From a virus (lineage: Duplodnaviria; Caudoviricetes): DNA of 44,082 nt. The stretch lies in the IMG/VR virus record IMGVR_UViG_3300002098_000009, positions 1-44,082 of that record. The stretch is one strand, 5' to 3'. The position numbers were made by a program, and so were the translations under genes. A model generated the notes under the pieces. That model saw only the letters and a list, made by a program, of their open reading frames with translations, ran no database searches and had not been told where the DNA came from. Positions within the stretch are counted from its first letter, which is position 1. Each line of letters opens with the position of its first letter. Positions 8,680 through 17,971 of the stretch are shown here, one piece after another.

Positions 8680-8921
8680 GGATTGGGTCCTTTCGGTCCG
8701 AGATAAAACTTTGACGTATCGCCCGCCTTAGAAGGAATCATACCCAGCACCGCGTTAACGGCATTGCCGATCCCAAGCACCAAAGCAATTATCGCGAGAA
8801 TGGCTTTAACTTCCGCAGGGCTCAATCCCAGATCGGTAAACTGTGCGCTAGCTCCCGAAAGAAAAGCCAGCACCGCCAGCAATACCGACAACCATACGCT
8901 CCATCTTGGATCAAGTGTCAT
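8676..8921 (-). CDS. holin (two TM helices)
   Basis: Two hydrophobic helices and a basic C-terminus; adjacent to the endolysin. Confidence 0.75.
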   Translation of the reverse strand: MTLDPRWSVWLSVLLAVLAFLSGASAQFTDLGLSPAEVKAILAIIALVLGIGNAVNAVLGMIPSKAGDTSKFYLGPKGPNP

Positions 8922-9398
8922 TTACTTCTCCTGTTTTTTAAGGCGGTATGCATCAAGCGCGATTTGAGCCCACTTGATTCGTTCAGCCAAAGCCGGAACA
9001 CCAGCGCGTTCATACAATCGCTCAAAGGCAATTGTGGCTTCTTGAATATTCTTCGATTCTCGGACGTGCGCGAGAACATAGGCGTAGGAATTATTCCTAT
9101 CTTCGCCGGACAGTTCCAGCTTTAGATAACCATAATTTCCTTCATCCGATCGCCAGTCAAGTTTATGTTCGTGGCACCAGTTCAGGAACAACTTCCGACG
9201 AGGCCCTGTCCACTGCTGCCAACCATATCCGCCATATCCCGGAGGCTGGCCGATTTCATGGAGTACAGTAAACCCAAGACATTCGTGTCCGGTATTGCCA
9301 ACAATCCCTGCGGCTTGGTAATCCTCAAGATTAAAATCGCGGATCAACCAGCGCATTATTTCCGGCGCTTTAGATTTAAACACTTCAATCGGTGTCAT
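8922..9398 (-). CDS. endolysin, phage tail-type lysozyme (Phage_lysozyme2-like)
   Basis: QAAGIVGNTGHE, GYGWQQWTGPRR and AFERLYERAG motifs. Confidence 0.88.
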   Translation of the reverse strand: MTPIEVFKSKAPEIMRWLIRDFNLEDYQAAGIVGNTGHECLGFTVLHEIGQPPGYGGYGWQQWTGPRRKLFLNWCHEHKLDWRSDEGNYGYLKLELSGEDRNNSYAYVLAHVRESKNIQEATIAFERLYERAGVPALAERIKWAQIALDAYRLKKQEK

Positions 9399-9430
9399 CG
9401 CCCGCCTCCAAAATATTCATCAACAGTTTT

Positions 9431-12400
9431 TCAATGTCCTTTGGTTGTGCCATACCTTAACCCAACTAGCCAAGACCAAGTACCCTGCGGCTGTTCAACG
9501 CCGGTATTAACGTCAGTTATATACCGAAGAATATGCCCGAATTCTGATGGGAACATTCCAGTCGCAGTACCCAATGCAGTGACACCATCCGCGATTAGTT
9601 TCCCTCGGTGCATTTCATTGAACGCACCATCTTTACCAAAGTCACGAGTCAAATCCGTAAACGATTTATACATTGTTCCAAGCAAGCCCGATTGTGGATC
9701 ACGGCCTGACATAAGCGCGGAAGCAATATCGCGGATACCGACCCAGCTAGATGATAACGTTCTAACTTCGCCTTTTACCGCCCGCCATGCCCAAGATTCT
9801 TCGTGCTTTTTATCCTCAGGTTCCGGCGACACCCAGCTTTCAACAATTGCAGGCCAGATTGCATAAGCAAACAAGCTGGCAGATAATGCTGGAATATCTT
9901 TCGCAGCTTCCGCCCAGCCATCGGCTTTGCCTTTATCAATCGTCGCGCCTGCTTTCCAAAGTGTTTCCATCTGACGATTCATGATATCAGAGAAGAAGTT
10001 ATAAAGCGAGGTTAACCAAGGACTACTATCCCGCATAATCGCGGATCGATTAGTTACCGCAGTTGAACCATGTGCCCGACGTACTGCGCGGTCGGCCATT
10101 TGAACTGCTTCACCGTGGCTGGACCCAGATTCAATCTCATTTTTATACGCCGCAAGCCAAGTAGGAACCGCAGAAAGTTTATCTGACAGGGCCACAGGTT
10201 TTGATGCATATTCCATAATCGTCTGTCTTAGCGACATAAATTTTTGTTTCGCCCCTTGACTGGCAAAAAACCCTCCGCCATAGACTAGATTATTCGAAGC
10301 GCCATACATAGTCTCCATCGCATTACGCTCGCGACGTTGAAGTTCCAATGAGTTATTCATCGCAAAATCATAATTAGATTCACCAGTCCATTCATCGACA
10401 GAGAACATTGACTTTGCAGCATCGTAGAAATTCTTTACACCAACCTCTCGAATCGAAGTCATAGCCGCCGATGGTCCATGCTTCAATACGGTTCCCGGAT
10501 TGAAACCAACCAAGGTTGAAATCAAATTCTGCCGCATAAATCCGCTGACACTTTCCATTGCTTGGTCAGCTTTGGTCATCCGATTCGCGGAATTAGCAAC
10601 CGATTCAAGATATGGTATCAGTTGATCCCGCCATTCAAGTCCATAATTTCGTTTAATTGCTTCTTGGATTCCCTTGTCATAAAATATTTTCTTTGCGTTC
10701 AACACCGCCGGACGCATGGCAATATCGTGTAACATTTGATTAATACGACCGGGCATATCATCAAGGCTCATACTCAACGGCCGAACATCAAATGTTCTAG
10801 ATTTAGTCCAGCTATTTGGCGTTGTTGCTTTATAATAATTCGGCGACATTAGTCCTCCGGCTCGCCCAGATACATCGCCTTGATGCACAGCGGAATGGAT
10901 GATTGGATAATACCCACCTGCATAAGTTCCATGCGGCGTTTTAATCGGCTGAGCCGGTACACTATCAGGCGCGACACCACCAGTTAGCGACCGATACATC
11001 GTGTCACCTTTGGTTTTTATATCTTTGAAAATATTGTCCCAAATTTTCTGAACAAAATCCCAATCTTCTTTATTCGCATTTTGATGAATCCAATTCATCA
11101 TCTGCCCAGATTTAAGTCCATAGCCTCCGGCCATTTTAGCTATATTTGATTTAGTTCCGGCGTTAAGCATGATCGTAAGCAAATGCTTCCGAGTCATTGG
11201 AAAAAGTTCGCCTGAACTTGGATCGCGCCAGATATTATTGGTGACGCTCCGAGTCAAATCACGATCATCTTTAATATCAAGAAGCTTCTTGGAATACTCC
11301 TTAGACCAAGCTTCTTTTTGATTGGCCCCGTCGATAAGCTCATAGAGTATTCGCGACCAATCACCTTTAGGGTCAAACTTATCAAATCGCCCAAACATAT
11401 TTTCAAGGGTTAATGATCTTGCCACGTACCCACGAATTGCTTTAATACCGGGAATACTTGATGTACGCCCCATTACTTGCCCATCGGCATCATACTGAAT
11501 AGGTTCGCCAGTTTCAATGGTTTGAATCATTCGGGTTTTGAGTGTTTCCAAATCAATCTTTTCACCCGCAAGTACGACTTTCATTTCATCACGCGCATTC
11601 CAAGCAAGCGCAGTGAGGCTATCGTGGACGTGGTTAAATTCATCCACGGTCATTTCTTTATATGGCTTGCTCCAATTAGGATCATACAGTTGATCCCAGA
11701 CCGGAATTTCCCTAAGTTCTTTCTGTTTGGTTTTTACAAATTCCTCTAAAGTTCCAGTTTCCCGAGCGCGAATATCATCAGCGATATTTTGTATTGACCG
11801 GCGAACAGGCTTACCGATTCGGATCATAATGTCATGCATATAGTTAGTGTATTCTGGCGCAACACCTTTGACTTCGCGCCGTGCAAATTGCTTGGTGATA
11901 GCCTCAAACTTCGCTTGTGTTTTTTGAAGTTTCAACGCCTCGGCTGCGATAACCGCAGAGATATATCGGTTCTGCAATGATTTTACAGCATCTGCAGCAT
12001 TACCGCCAGCCAAAGATTTAATCGCATCCTGCGAATGTTTCTCAACCGTTGCCATTAGCTTGGCAAAGTTAACCGAACTCATTGGCATATTACCAAACAT
12101 TCGTTTAGCTTCTGCCATAGCAAAGTCTTTATCAATCGTAGAAATACCAGCCTGCATAGCTGCGCCTTGATATTCCTCAGCGATGATATTCAGGTTGTTT
12201 TCGCTCAGCGCTTGATCCCGAGCCTCGGACATAATGTTATCTTGAAGATTTCCATACTTCGCCTGCATTTGACGATTGGTTTCGTCGTCAATGACTTTAC
12301 GCAACATTTCCTGTGGCGAGCGGCCTTCTTTAGCGGCGTTGTATTTACCTAACGCAGCGATCATTTCATCGCCGGAAGTGTATCCAAACATGCTGGCGAC

Positions 12401-15148
12401 AGAGTCAACTGGCAGTCCAGACTTGGCATAGTAATGATCCGGAAGACTCGCTTTTTGAGCTTCGGTCAAATCATCTTCGGCCAGCGGATATCGTTGACGC
12501 AACTTCTTCTCTTGAAGTTCGCCCGATCCGATAAACAAATCCGCAGCAACGTCAGGTCGCTGACGGATAGTCTGTGTTACCTGTTTTTCAATCTCGGTTT
12601 TATTCTCTTCCCATTCTTTAGTCTGTTCCCGCTTTTGCTCTTTCTCAGCCCGTGCGATTGAAGCTTCGAGGTCGGACTTATACCGCTCTTCAACTGACTT
12701 CCTAAGTTTCTGGAAGGTATCTTCATCAAGTCCAACTGCCTCAGCACGGAGTTTGTCGGCCCAATCTTCTTGGAACTTTGGCTCCTGTCCCTGATAAATA
12801 TCCGGATGCATCGGGGGACCGGGTTCACGGCCAGCGACTTCCCCAGAATAAACCTTTTCAAAAATATCATCGAACGTCGGTTCACGCCCAAGAATCGACT
12901 TCAATCGATCTTTGACTGATTCCCAGATTTCCTGAATCTTCTGGAATATTTTCGAGGTTTCAGCATTTGCAGCTGAATCTTTATTCGCGGCCCAAGTTCG
13001 AAAAGCTTCGGCGATAGCTTCCTCGTGCTGCTGGGCTTTAGTCAGCGTCGGATAACGATCTTCGATATTATGCTGACCAATCCAATCCTCGTCAATCGAC
13101 GATCGAATCAGCTGGTTCCATTCCCTTGGTTCAAAGAAACCAAGCTGGCGCAGAAAATGAATCGATTCATGACGATGCGTTCCGATTGGGTCAGGCCCAA
13201 ACAGATTAATCAGAACATCAGGCAACCGATCCGGATGAGAAATAAACACACCCAGCGGATTAGACCCGCGAGATGTTGTTATCTTTCCAGTTGGAATAAG
13301 ATTAGCCTTGCCACCAGTCAGTGTTTCATTTTCAAAATTTAGTTTTGAAACCAATGCTTTCTCAGCTTCGGAATACAACTCCCGCGGTTTAACCTGCGCA
13401 GTCACAGTTGGATGAAAGCTTCTTTCCCATGCAGAATTAAACACACTTCGCATTAAATTGAAATTATCAATATTTTCAAGTTCGGCAAGTTTAACCTTCG
13501 GATAAGCCAAATCTGTATACGCCGTGCCAGCAGCGTCCCTAGCGCCAGTAACCCGATGACCTGTGACTGTTTCAAAATCGGGATAAAGTTCTTTGATCTG
13601 GCGCTTCAAGTCCCGAATCAAACTCGGACCGAATGAATTTGCCCACATACCTGCCGCACCACTCATCATCTGAACGTGCAAGGTCTTGGTGGCTTCATCC
13701 GGAACCAAAGTTATCTGGCCAACTTCTTCTTTATTGTGATCGTATATCTTATACTCGTGATACATTTCGCCGCCAAACTGAGCATTGTATTTCTCAGTTT
13801 CAACATCACGTAGCAACGAAATCTTCCGATCACCCATGGCAAACATAGGCTCAAGGCCTTGCGACCGAACCACAGGCAACGGGGCATCAACTACCGTCTT
13901 AGGTGCTGATCCTTCGGCGGCTTCCGCAGCTGTGATTCCCTGCGGCCACATGCGAATATCGTCATGCAACTGCCGAGCCACTGCAGGGTCAACATGCGTC
14001 AGCCAGTCTTTAATCGGAATATGAACATCTTCGCCGGTAGTCTTAGCAAGCTCAAGTGCATCTTCAATTCCGGGAGCCCAGCCAAGTAGACCATCATCAG
14101 CCGAAGGGATTCTATCGCCGTAAAGTTCTGCGACTCGATCCCCAGAGATTCCAATTGTCGAGTTGCCATAATGTTGTTCGGCAAATTGGTTAAACATTTC
14201 CGGTGAGCGTTCTTTGGTCATGCTTGCTTGAGCATTAGCCAAATCTTCATCTAACCGATCAAGTGCAGAAGAATTAGCATCAGCATACATCTTGTCAATT
14301 TCAGGATGCACTCCGCGTGGAGGCATCATGCCATTCTCTAAATATGGCTTAGCAGCTGCGGCAATCTCCTGCGCTTTAGCCATATCCTGAGCATGCTTCC
14401 GCTCAAGAACTTCCTTGGCATCATTACCACCCTCGCCTGAAATAAGTTTGCGTTCGGTTTCAGCTTCTATATCACGAGAAAAAGCTTCGGCACCTTCTTT
14501 GCTACCGCCGAAAACTTGATACGCCGCGCCAGCCGCACCTTTACCAGCGCCTGTGGCACCGCCCATGAAGCCACCAAAAGCGGACGCAATATCTTCTCCG
14601 GTGGTACCAACCAGACCTACGAGGTTAACCAACGGAACCAACGCAGGATTAACCTTATCGCGCGTGTCGATTGCCCATTGCATTGAAGCCGGAGTCTCGG
14701 TGCCAAATCCGCGAATAGCCCCAGCAACACCGCCAGCAACGCCAGACAGCAAAACCTGACTCAATGAACCGGGTTCAGCCCGAGAATCTGGATTTGCAAT
14801 TTCATCAAGCGCGTCGAGGAAGCCTTTAGTTTGCTTAGCACCTTGAGAAAATCCGCTAAGATTACCGTAGTCATCATTTGAAACAATCGGAGCCATGCTC
14901 GAAGAACGGATATACTGTTGAATCTCCGGCGAGTTATGAACAATATTAGCAACCATCCGCGCTTTGGTATCAGAATCAAATCGATCAAGATTCGGATAGA
15001 TCACAGGCGCAGGTGTGCCTGTGGCTCGAGACAATTGAATTGCTCGGGCACCTTGATCCGGATTTTCATCGATATTAGCAGCCGCTATTCGCATCGGCTG
15101 ATAGATATCATTCTCGATCGAGTCCGATTCAAAATCAAAATCGTTCAT
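9431..15148 (-). CDS. large internal virion/ejection protein (T7 gp16 position), large polyvalent type
   Basis: 1905 aa, helical; last of the internal-protein block; HESIH (HExxH) plus EEAIAE zincin-like motif. Confidence 0.8.
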   Translation of the reverse strand: MNDFDFESDSIENDIYQPMRIAAANIDENPDQGARAIQLSRATGTPAPVIYPNLDRFDSDTKARMVANIVHNSPEIQQYIRSSSMAPIVSNDDYGNLSGFSQGAKQTKGFLDALDEIANPDSRAEPGSLSQVLLSGVAGGVAGAIRGFGTETPASMQWAIDTRDKVNPALVPLVNLVGLVGTTGEDIASAFGGFMGGATGAGKGAAGAAYQVFGGSKEGAEAFSRDIEAETERKLISGEGGNDAKEVLERKHAQDMAKAQEIAAAAKPYLENGMMPPRGVHPEIDKMYADANSSALDRLDEDLANAQASMTKERSPEMFNQFAEQHYGNSTIGISGDRVAELYGDRIPSADDGLLGWAPGIEDALELAKTTGEDVHIPIKDWLTHVDPAVARQLHDDIRMWPQGITAAEAAEGSAPKTVVDAPLPVVRSQGLEPMFAMGDRKISLLRDVETEKYNAQFGGEMYHEYKIYDHNKEEVGQITLVPDEATKTLHVQMMSGAAGMWANSFGPSLIRDLKRQIKELYPDFETVTGHRVTGARDAAGTAYTDLAYPKVKLAELENIDNFNLMRSVFNSAWERSFHPTVTAQVKPRELYSEAEKALVSKLNFENETLTGGKANLIPTGKITTSRGSNPLGVFISHPDRLPDVLINLFGPDPIGTHRHESIHFLRQLGFFEPREWNQLIRSSIDEDWIGQHNIEDRYPTLTKAQQHEEAIAEAFRTWAANKDSAANAETSKIFQKIQEIWESVKDRLKSILGREPTFDDIFEKVYSGEVAGREPGPPMHPDIYQGQEPKFQEDWADKLRAEAVGLDEDTFQKLRKSVEERYKSDLEASIARAEKEQKREQTKEWEENKTEIEKQVTQTIRQRPDVAADLFIGSGELQEKKLRQRYPLAEDDLTEAQKASLPDHYYAKSGLPVDSVASMFGYTSGDEMIAALGKYNAAKEGRSPQEMLRKVIDDETNRQMQAKYGNLQDNIMSEARDQALSENNLNIIAEEYQGAAMQAGISTIDKDFAMAEAKRMFGNMPMSSVNFAKLMATVEKHSQDAIKSLAGGNAADAVKSLQNRYISAVIAAEALKLQKTQAKFEAITKQFARREVKGVAPEYTNYMHDIMIRIGKPVRRSIQNIADDIRARETGTLEEFVKTKQKELREIPVWDQLYDPNWSKPYKEMTVDEFNHVHDSLTALAWNARDEMKVVLAGEKIDLETLKTRMIQTIETGEPIQYDADGQVMGRTSSIPGIKAIRGYVARSLTLENMFGRFDKFDPKGDWSRILYELIDGANQKEAWSKEYSKKLLDIKDDRDLTRSVTNNIWRDPSSGELFPMTRKHLLTIMLNAGTKSNIAKMAGGYGLKSGQMMNWIHQNANKEDWDFVQKIWDNIFKDIKTKGDTMYRSLTGGVAPDSVPAQPIKTPHGTYAGGYYPIIHSAVHQGDVSGRAGGLMSPNYYKATTPNSWTKSRTFDVRPLSMSLDDMPGRINQMLHDIAMRPAVLNAKKIFYDKGIQEAIKRNYGLEWRDQLIPYLESVANSANRMTKADQAMESVSGFMRQNLISTLVGFNPGTVLKHGPSAAMTSIREVGVKNFYDAAKSMFSVDEWTGESNYDFAMNNSLELQRRERNAMETMYGASNNLVYGGGFFASQGAKQKFMSLRQTIMEYASKPVALSDKLSAVPTWLAAYKNEIESGSSHGEAVQMADRAVRRAHGSTAVTNRSAIMRDSSPWLTSLYNFFSDIMNRQMETLWKAGATIDKGKADGWAEAAKDIPALSASLFAYAIWPAIVESWVSPEPEDKKHEESWAWRAVKGEVRTLSSSWVGIRDIASALMSGRDPQSGLLGTMYKSFTDLTRDFGKDGAFNEMHRGKLIADGVTALGTATGMFPSEFGHILRYITDVNTGVEQPQGTWSWLVGLRYGTTKGH

Positions 15149-16974
15149 TGCCGCGGTGGCTCCGGCTCAGAGGGAACGGGGGCAGAAACAGCGCGATTGG
15201 TTGTTTTGCCACCAAAGAGTTTATTATAGTTATCAGTCATCATGCGAAGCTTATCGGTAACTTGCAACTGACGAATTTGTTCATCGCTTGGAGTAGGCAT
15301 ACCGTTCTTTTTATAAATACCAAGAACTTTTTCTTTATACCCTGAATCAAGCGAATCAGTATATAATGGCTTAGAATTAGTTCCAAAAAACATACCCGGA
15401 ACCTGAATGTCTTGCATCAACTGTGTGCCTAGTTCTTTAATCTCTTTGTCATTCGGCGGACGTTTAAGCTTATCCGCTAGATCAGACAAAGCTTCGCCAA
15501 ACGTACCATTGAATTTATAATACGAAGTCGGATTTCGAGTTTTACTTATCCCAACCGCAGGATCATCTAAAATTGGACGCATGATAGACATGGCTTTTGG
15601 AAGGAAATTATCCTTCATGGTATTGTTGAAAACTTTATTCCGCAGGTCCAGAAGTTTCTGCGCGTATTCATTTGGCATGTGTAGATCGTTCATATCGACA
15701 TTCAATGCCTTTTCACGCTCCGCTGGTGTCGCATTAAGATCGGTCAACATACCGCGAAGTGTGTGATAATAGGCCATGTTCTCTGGCGTTGGTGCATAGT
15801 CGCCATGAATTGCGTTATATGACAACCGGCGATTAATTGCACCTTGAGTCTTAGGGTCAGAATTAAGATAAGCTGCTTTAGCATCTGAAGGAAGTTCTTC
15901 AACCGAACCCGGAAGTTTACCATCTTTCATGCCGACGCCATAGACTGCGCCTTGGAGAATGTTGGTGTAATTAAACTGCGTGGCGCGTTTAATTGAATCG
16001 TCCCTACCACGAAGTTGTTCAACTTTTTGGATCAAAGCGTCTTTAAATTCTGGATCATCTGGGCCTAGAGACTTAGAACGCTGCTCAGCGATATCCCTAA
16101 GCTCCTGTGCAGATTTGCCTTTGTTCGCCGGATCGTTATAAATCTCCGCGGCTTCCTTGGCAGTGACCTTGGTCAATGTCGCAGTTCTAATCTGACCTTG
16201 GAGGGTTTTCGCTGTATCAGAATCAACTGTTCCGGCCTTGATCGCGGTATCCAGCATAGACTGGGCGATGAATGGATCATCGCCAAGAGCCCCGCTGATA
16301 CGCTTGGCGGTGAGGTTATTATTAAGTTGAAAGGTATGGTTGTCCGCGTAGTCCTTGTCACGACCCATCACAGAGGCTGTGAGTTCACCTACTTGGCGAT
16401 TAGTCTTCAACGCCTGCTGATACGCATCTTCATCGTCAGGATGCTGCATGGCATAGTTACCATCAGCCTCCGCTCGGTCATGCGCCGTGCCAAGCATGTA
16501 GGATTTATTTTCATTACCTGAGTGAGCCGCCGCAGCCATAGTTGTTCGGCCTTCCATAGACCGCGATTGTTGGTTGAAGGCTTGAACAGCGAATGGCGAA
16601 GTCAATCGACCTGCGATTTTCTCGCGGGTTTCGGCAATAGACTTTTGAAAGTCTGGCAACCCAGCAACAGCATCTTTACCTGACTTAGATTTATAATCCG
16701 CGAACTGTTTTCCAACTTCGGCCATATAATCTGTCATCGCCGCATCAGCATCAGCCTTTTCATTTAGCTGCTGGATTGCATAGGCACGGGCAAATAGTTC
16801 ATTGCCGACGTTATCGGCAACTTGGCCTAGATGCTGAGTGGCAGCCGCCGTTGCGCTTCCAAAAGCAGACTCCGGCGCATTTATCTGCATCGACGGTATC
16901 GGCCGATCTTCCGGCGCAATTGACGGGGTTGGTGAATATGGAACTTGACTAGCCATTACCGTCCGAGGCTCCAT
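15145..16974 (-). CDS. internal virion/ejection protein (gp15 position)
   Basis: Helical and Ala/Gln-rich; synteny between the gp14-like and gp16-like genes; start may be the second Met. Confidence 0.7.
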   Translation of the reverse strand: MEPRTVMASQVPYSPTPSIAPEDRPIPSMQINAPESAFGSATAAATQHLGQVADNVGNELFARAYAIQQLNEKADADAAMTDYMAEVGKQFADYKSKSGKDAVAGLPDFQKSIAETREKIAGRLTSPFAVQAFNQQSRSMEGRTTMAAAAHSGNENKSYMLGTAHDRAEADGNYAMQHPDDEDAYQQALKTNRQVGELTASVMGRDKDYADNHTFQLNNNLTAKRISGALGDDPFIAQSMLDTAIKAGTVDSDTAKTLQGQIRTATLTKVTAKEAAEIYNDPANKGKSAQELRDIAEQRSKSLGPDDPEFKDALIQKVEQLRGRDDSIKRATQFNYTNILQGAVYGVGMKDGKLPGSVEELPSDAKAAYLNSDPKTQGAINRRLSYNAIHGDYAPTPENMAYYHTLRGMLTDLNATPAEREKALNVDMNDLHMPNEYAQKLLDLRNKVFNNTMKDNFLPKAMSIMRPILDDPAVGISKTRNPTSYYKFNGTFGEALSDLADKLKRPPNDKEIKELGTQLMQDIQVPGMFFGTNSKPLYTDSLDSGYKEKVLGIYKKNGMPTPSDEQIRQLQVTDKLRMMTDNYNKLFGGKTTNRAVSAPVPSEPEPPRQ

Positions 16975-17555
16975 TGCGTCAACGGATCATTGCCGGTGTA
17001 GTCGCTGCTACTGCCAGAGTTATACAACCCAACCTGTTGAGCCTGTGACCATTTACTAGCAACCGATCCGGCGGTGCCAAGGACAGATGAAACCCCGCCT
17101 ATAACACCCGCAAGCATTTCATTATTACCGGCAGCTTTATAGGCACCAGCCTGTGCTTCATCGGTCGCTGCTGTAACCCGAAAATCATAAGCAGTCTTAG
17201 CTGCGTTGGATCGGATTTGGTTTAGGTCCATTCCGGTGATAGTCTGTTGAGACTTTTGAACCTGTTTTGAGGAACCTGAGTTTACATCAAGACCACTGGA
17301 ACTTTGAGCCGCGATTATCTGACCCTGGCGCTGTCCGGCTTGGAGGCCATATTTCTGGGCTGATTGTTCACCCTGTTGCAGGGCCAGATCAGAATTTTGC
17401 AGGGCTATCTGGGCATTAAGTTTTGCAACGCTCGCCTGATAGTCATACATGCCCTGTTTGGACATACCGCCGAATATTGAACCGACAGCGCCAATAGCAC
17501 CGCCAGCTACAGTCGAACTGGTCCCGAGTGAAGCAAGTGCAGCTGGCGATCCCAT
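16956..17555 (-). CDS. internal virion protein (gp14-like)
   Basis: Gly/Ala hydrophobic ends, Gln-rich core, SSGLDVNSGS motif. Confidence 0.75.
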   Translation of the reverse strand: MGSPAALASLGTSSTVAGGAIGAVGSIFGGMSKQGMYDYQASVAKLNAQIALQNSDLALQQGEQSAQKYGLQAGQRQGQIIAAQSSSGLDVNSGSSKQVQKSQQTITGMDLNQIRSNAAKTAYDFRVTAATDEAQAGAYKAAGNNEMLAGVIGGVSSVLGTAGSVASKWSQAQQVGLYNSGSSSDYTGNDPLTQWSLGR

Positions 17556-17971
17556 CAGGTCCTCACAATTTCAAAAGGATACGCACCATTAACCGGATGA
17601 CCAAATTCAGCGCCAACCCATTGAAGCCAAATCATTGCTTCACGATTCATGCAGAGGCCGACGATCTTGGAATACAGCGTTAGCATTTTTGCCGTGACCT
17701 TCCGGGATTCTCTCATAAAGATCAACTTATGTTTAACCAACCCCGGACAATGTTGCATCCAAAGATGTGCAACATCGGATAGCGCGGTCTGTGGAACGGT
17801 GCCGAAAATGCAAAGAAGATCATCCCCATAAAAAGCTGCGTGAACCGGTATTGATATTCTCGCAGCTTGTAGGATAATTTCCTTTTCATTTTCGGTTATA
17901 CTATCCCCCAAATATTGAGAAATCAATCTTTCAGTTTGGGTTAAATCTATTTGATACACCTGAATTTTCAT
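17555..17971 (-). CDS. gp13-like GNAT-fold protein
   Basis: LCIFG...AHLWM...AMIWLQWVGAEF; follows tail tubular protein B. Confidence 0.7.
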   Translation of the reverse strand: MKIQVYQIDLTQTERLISQYLGDSITENEKEIILQAARISIPVHAAFYGDDLLCIFGTVPQTALSDVAHLWMQHCPGLVKHKLIFMRESRKVTAKMLTLYSKIVGLCMNREAMIWLQWVGAEFGHPVNGAYPFEIVRT

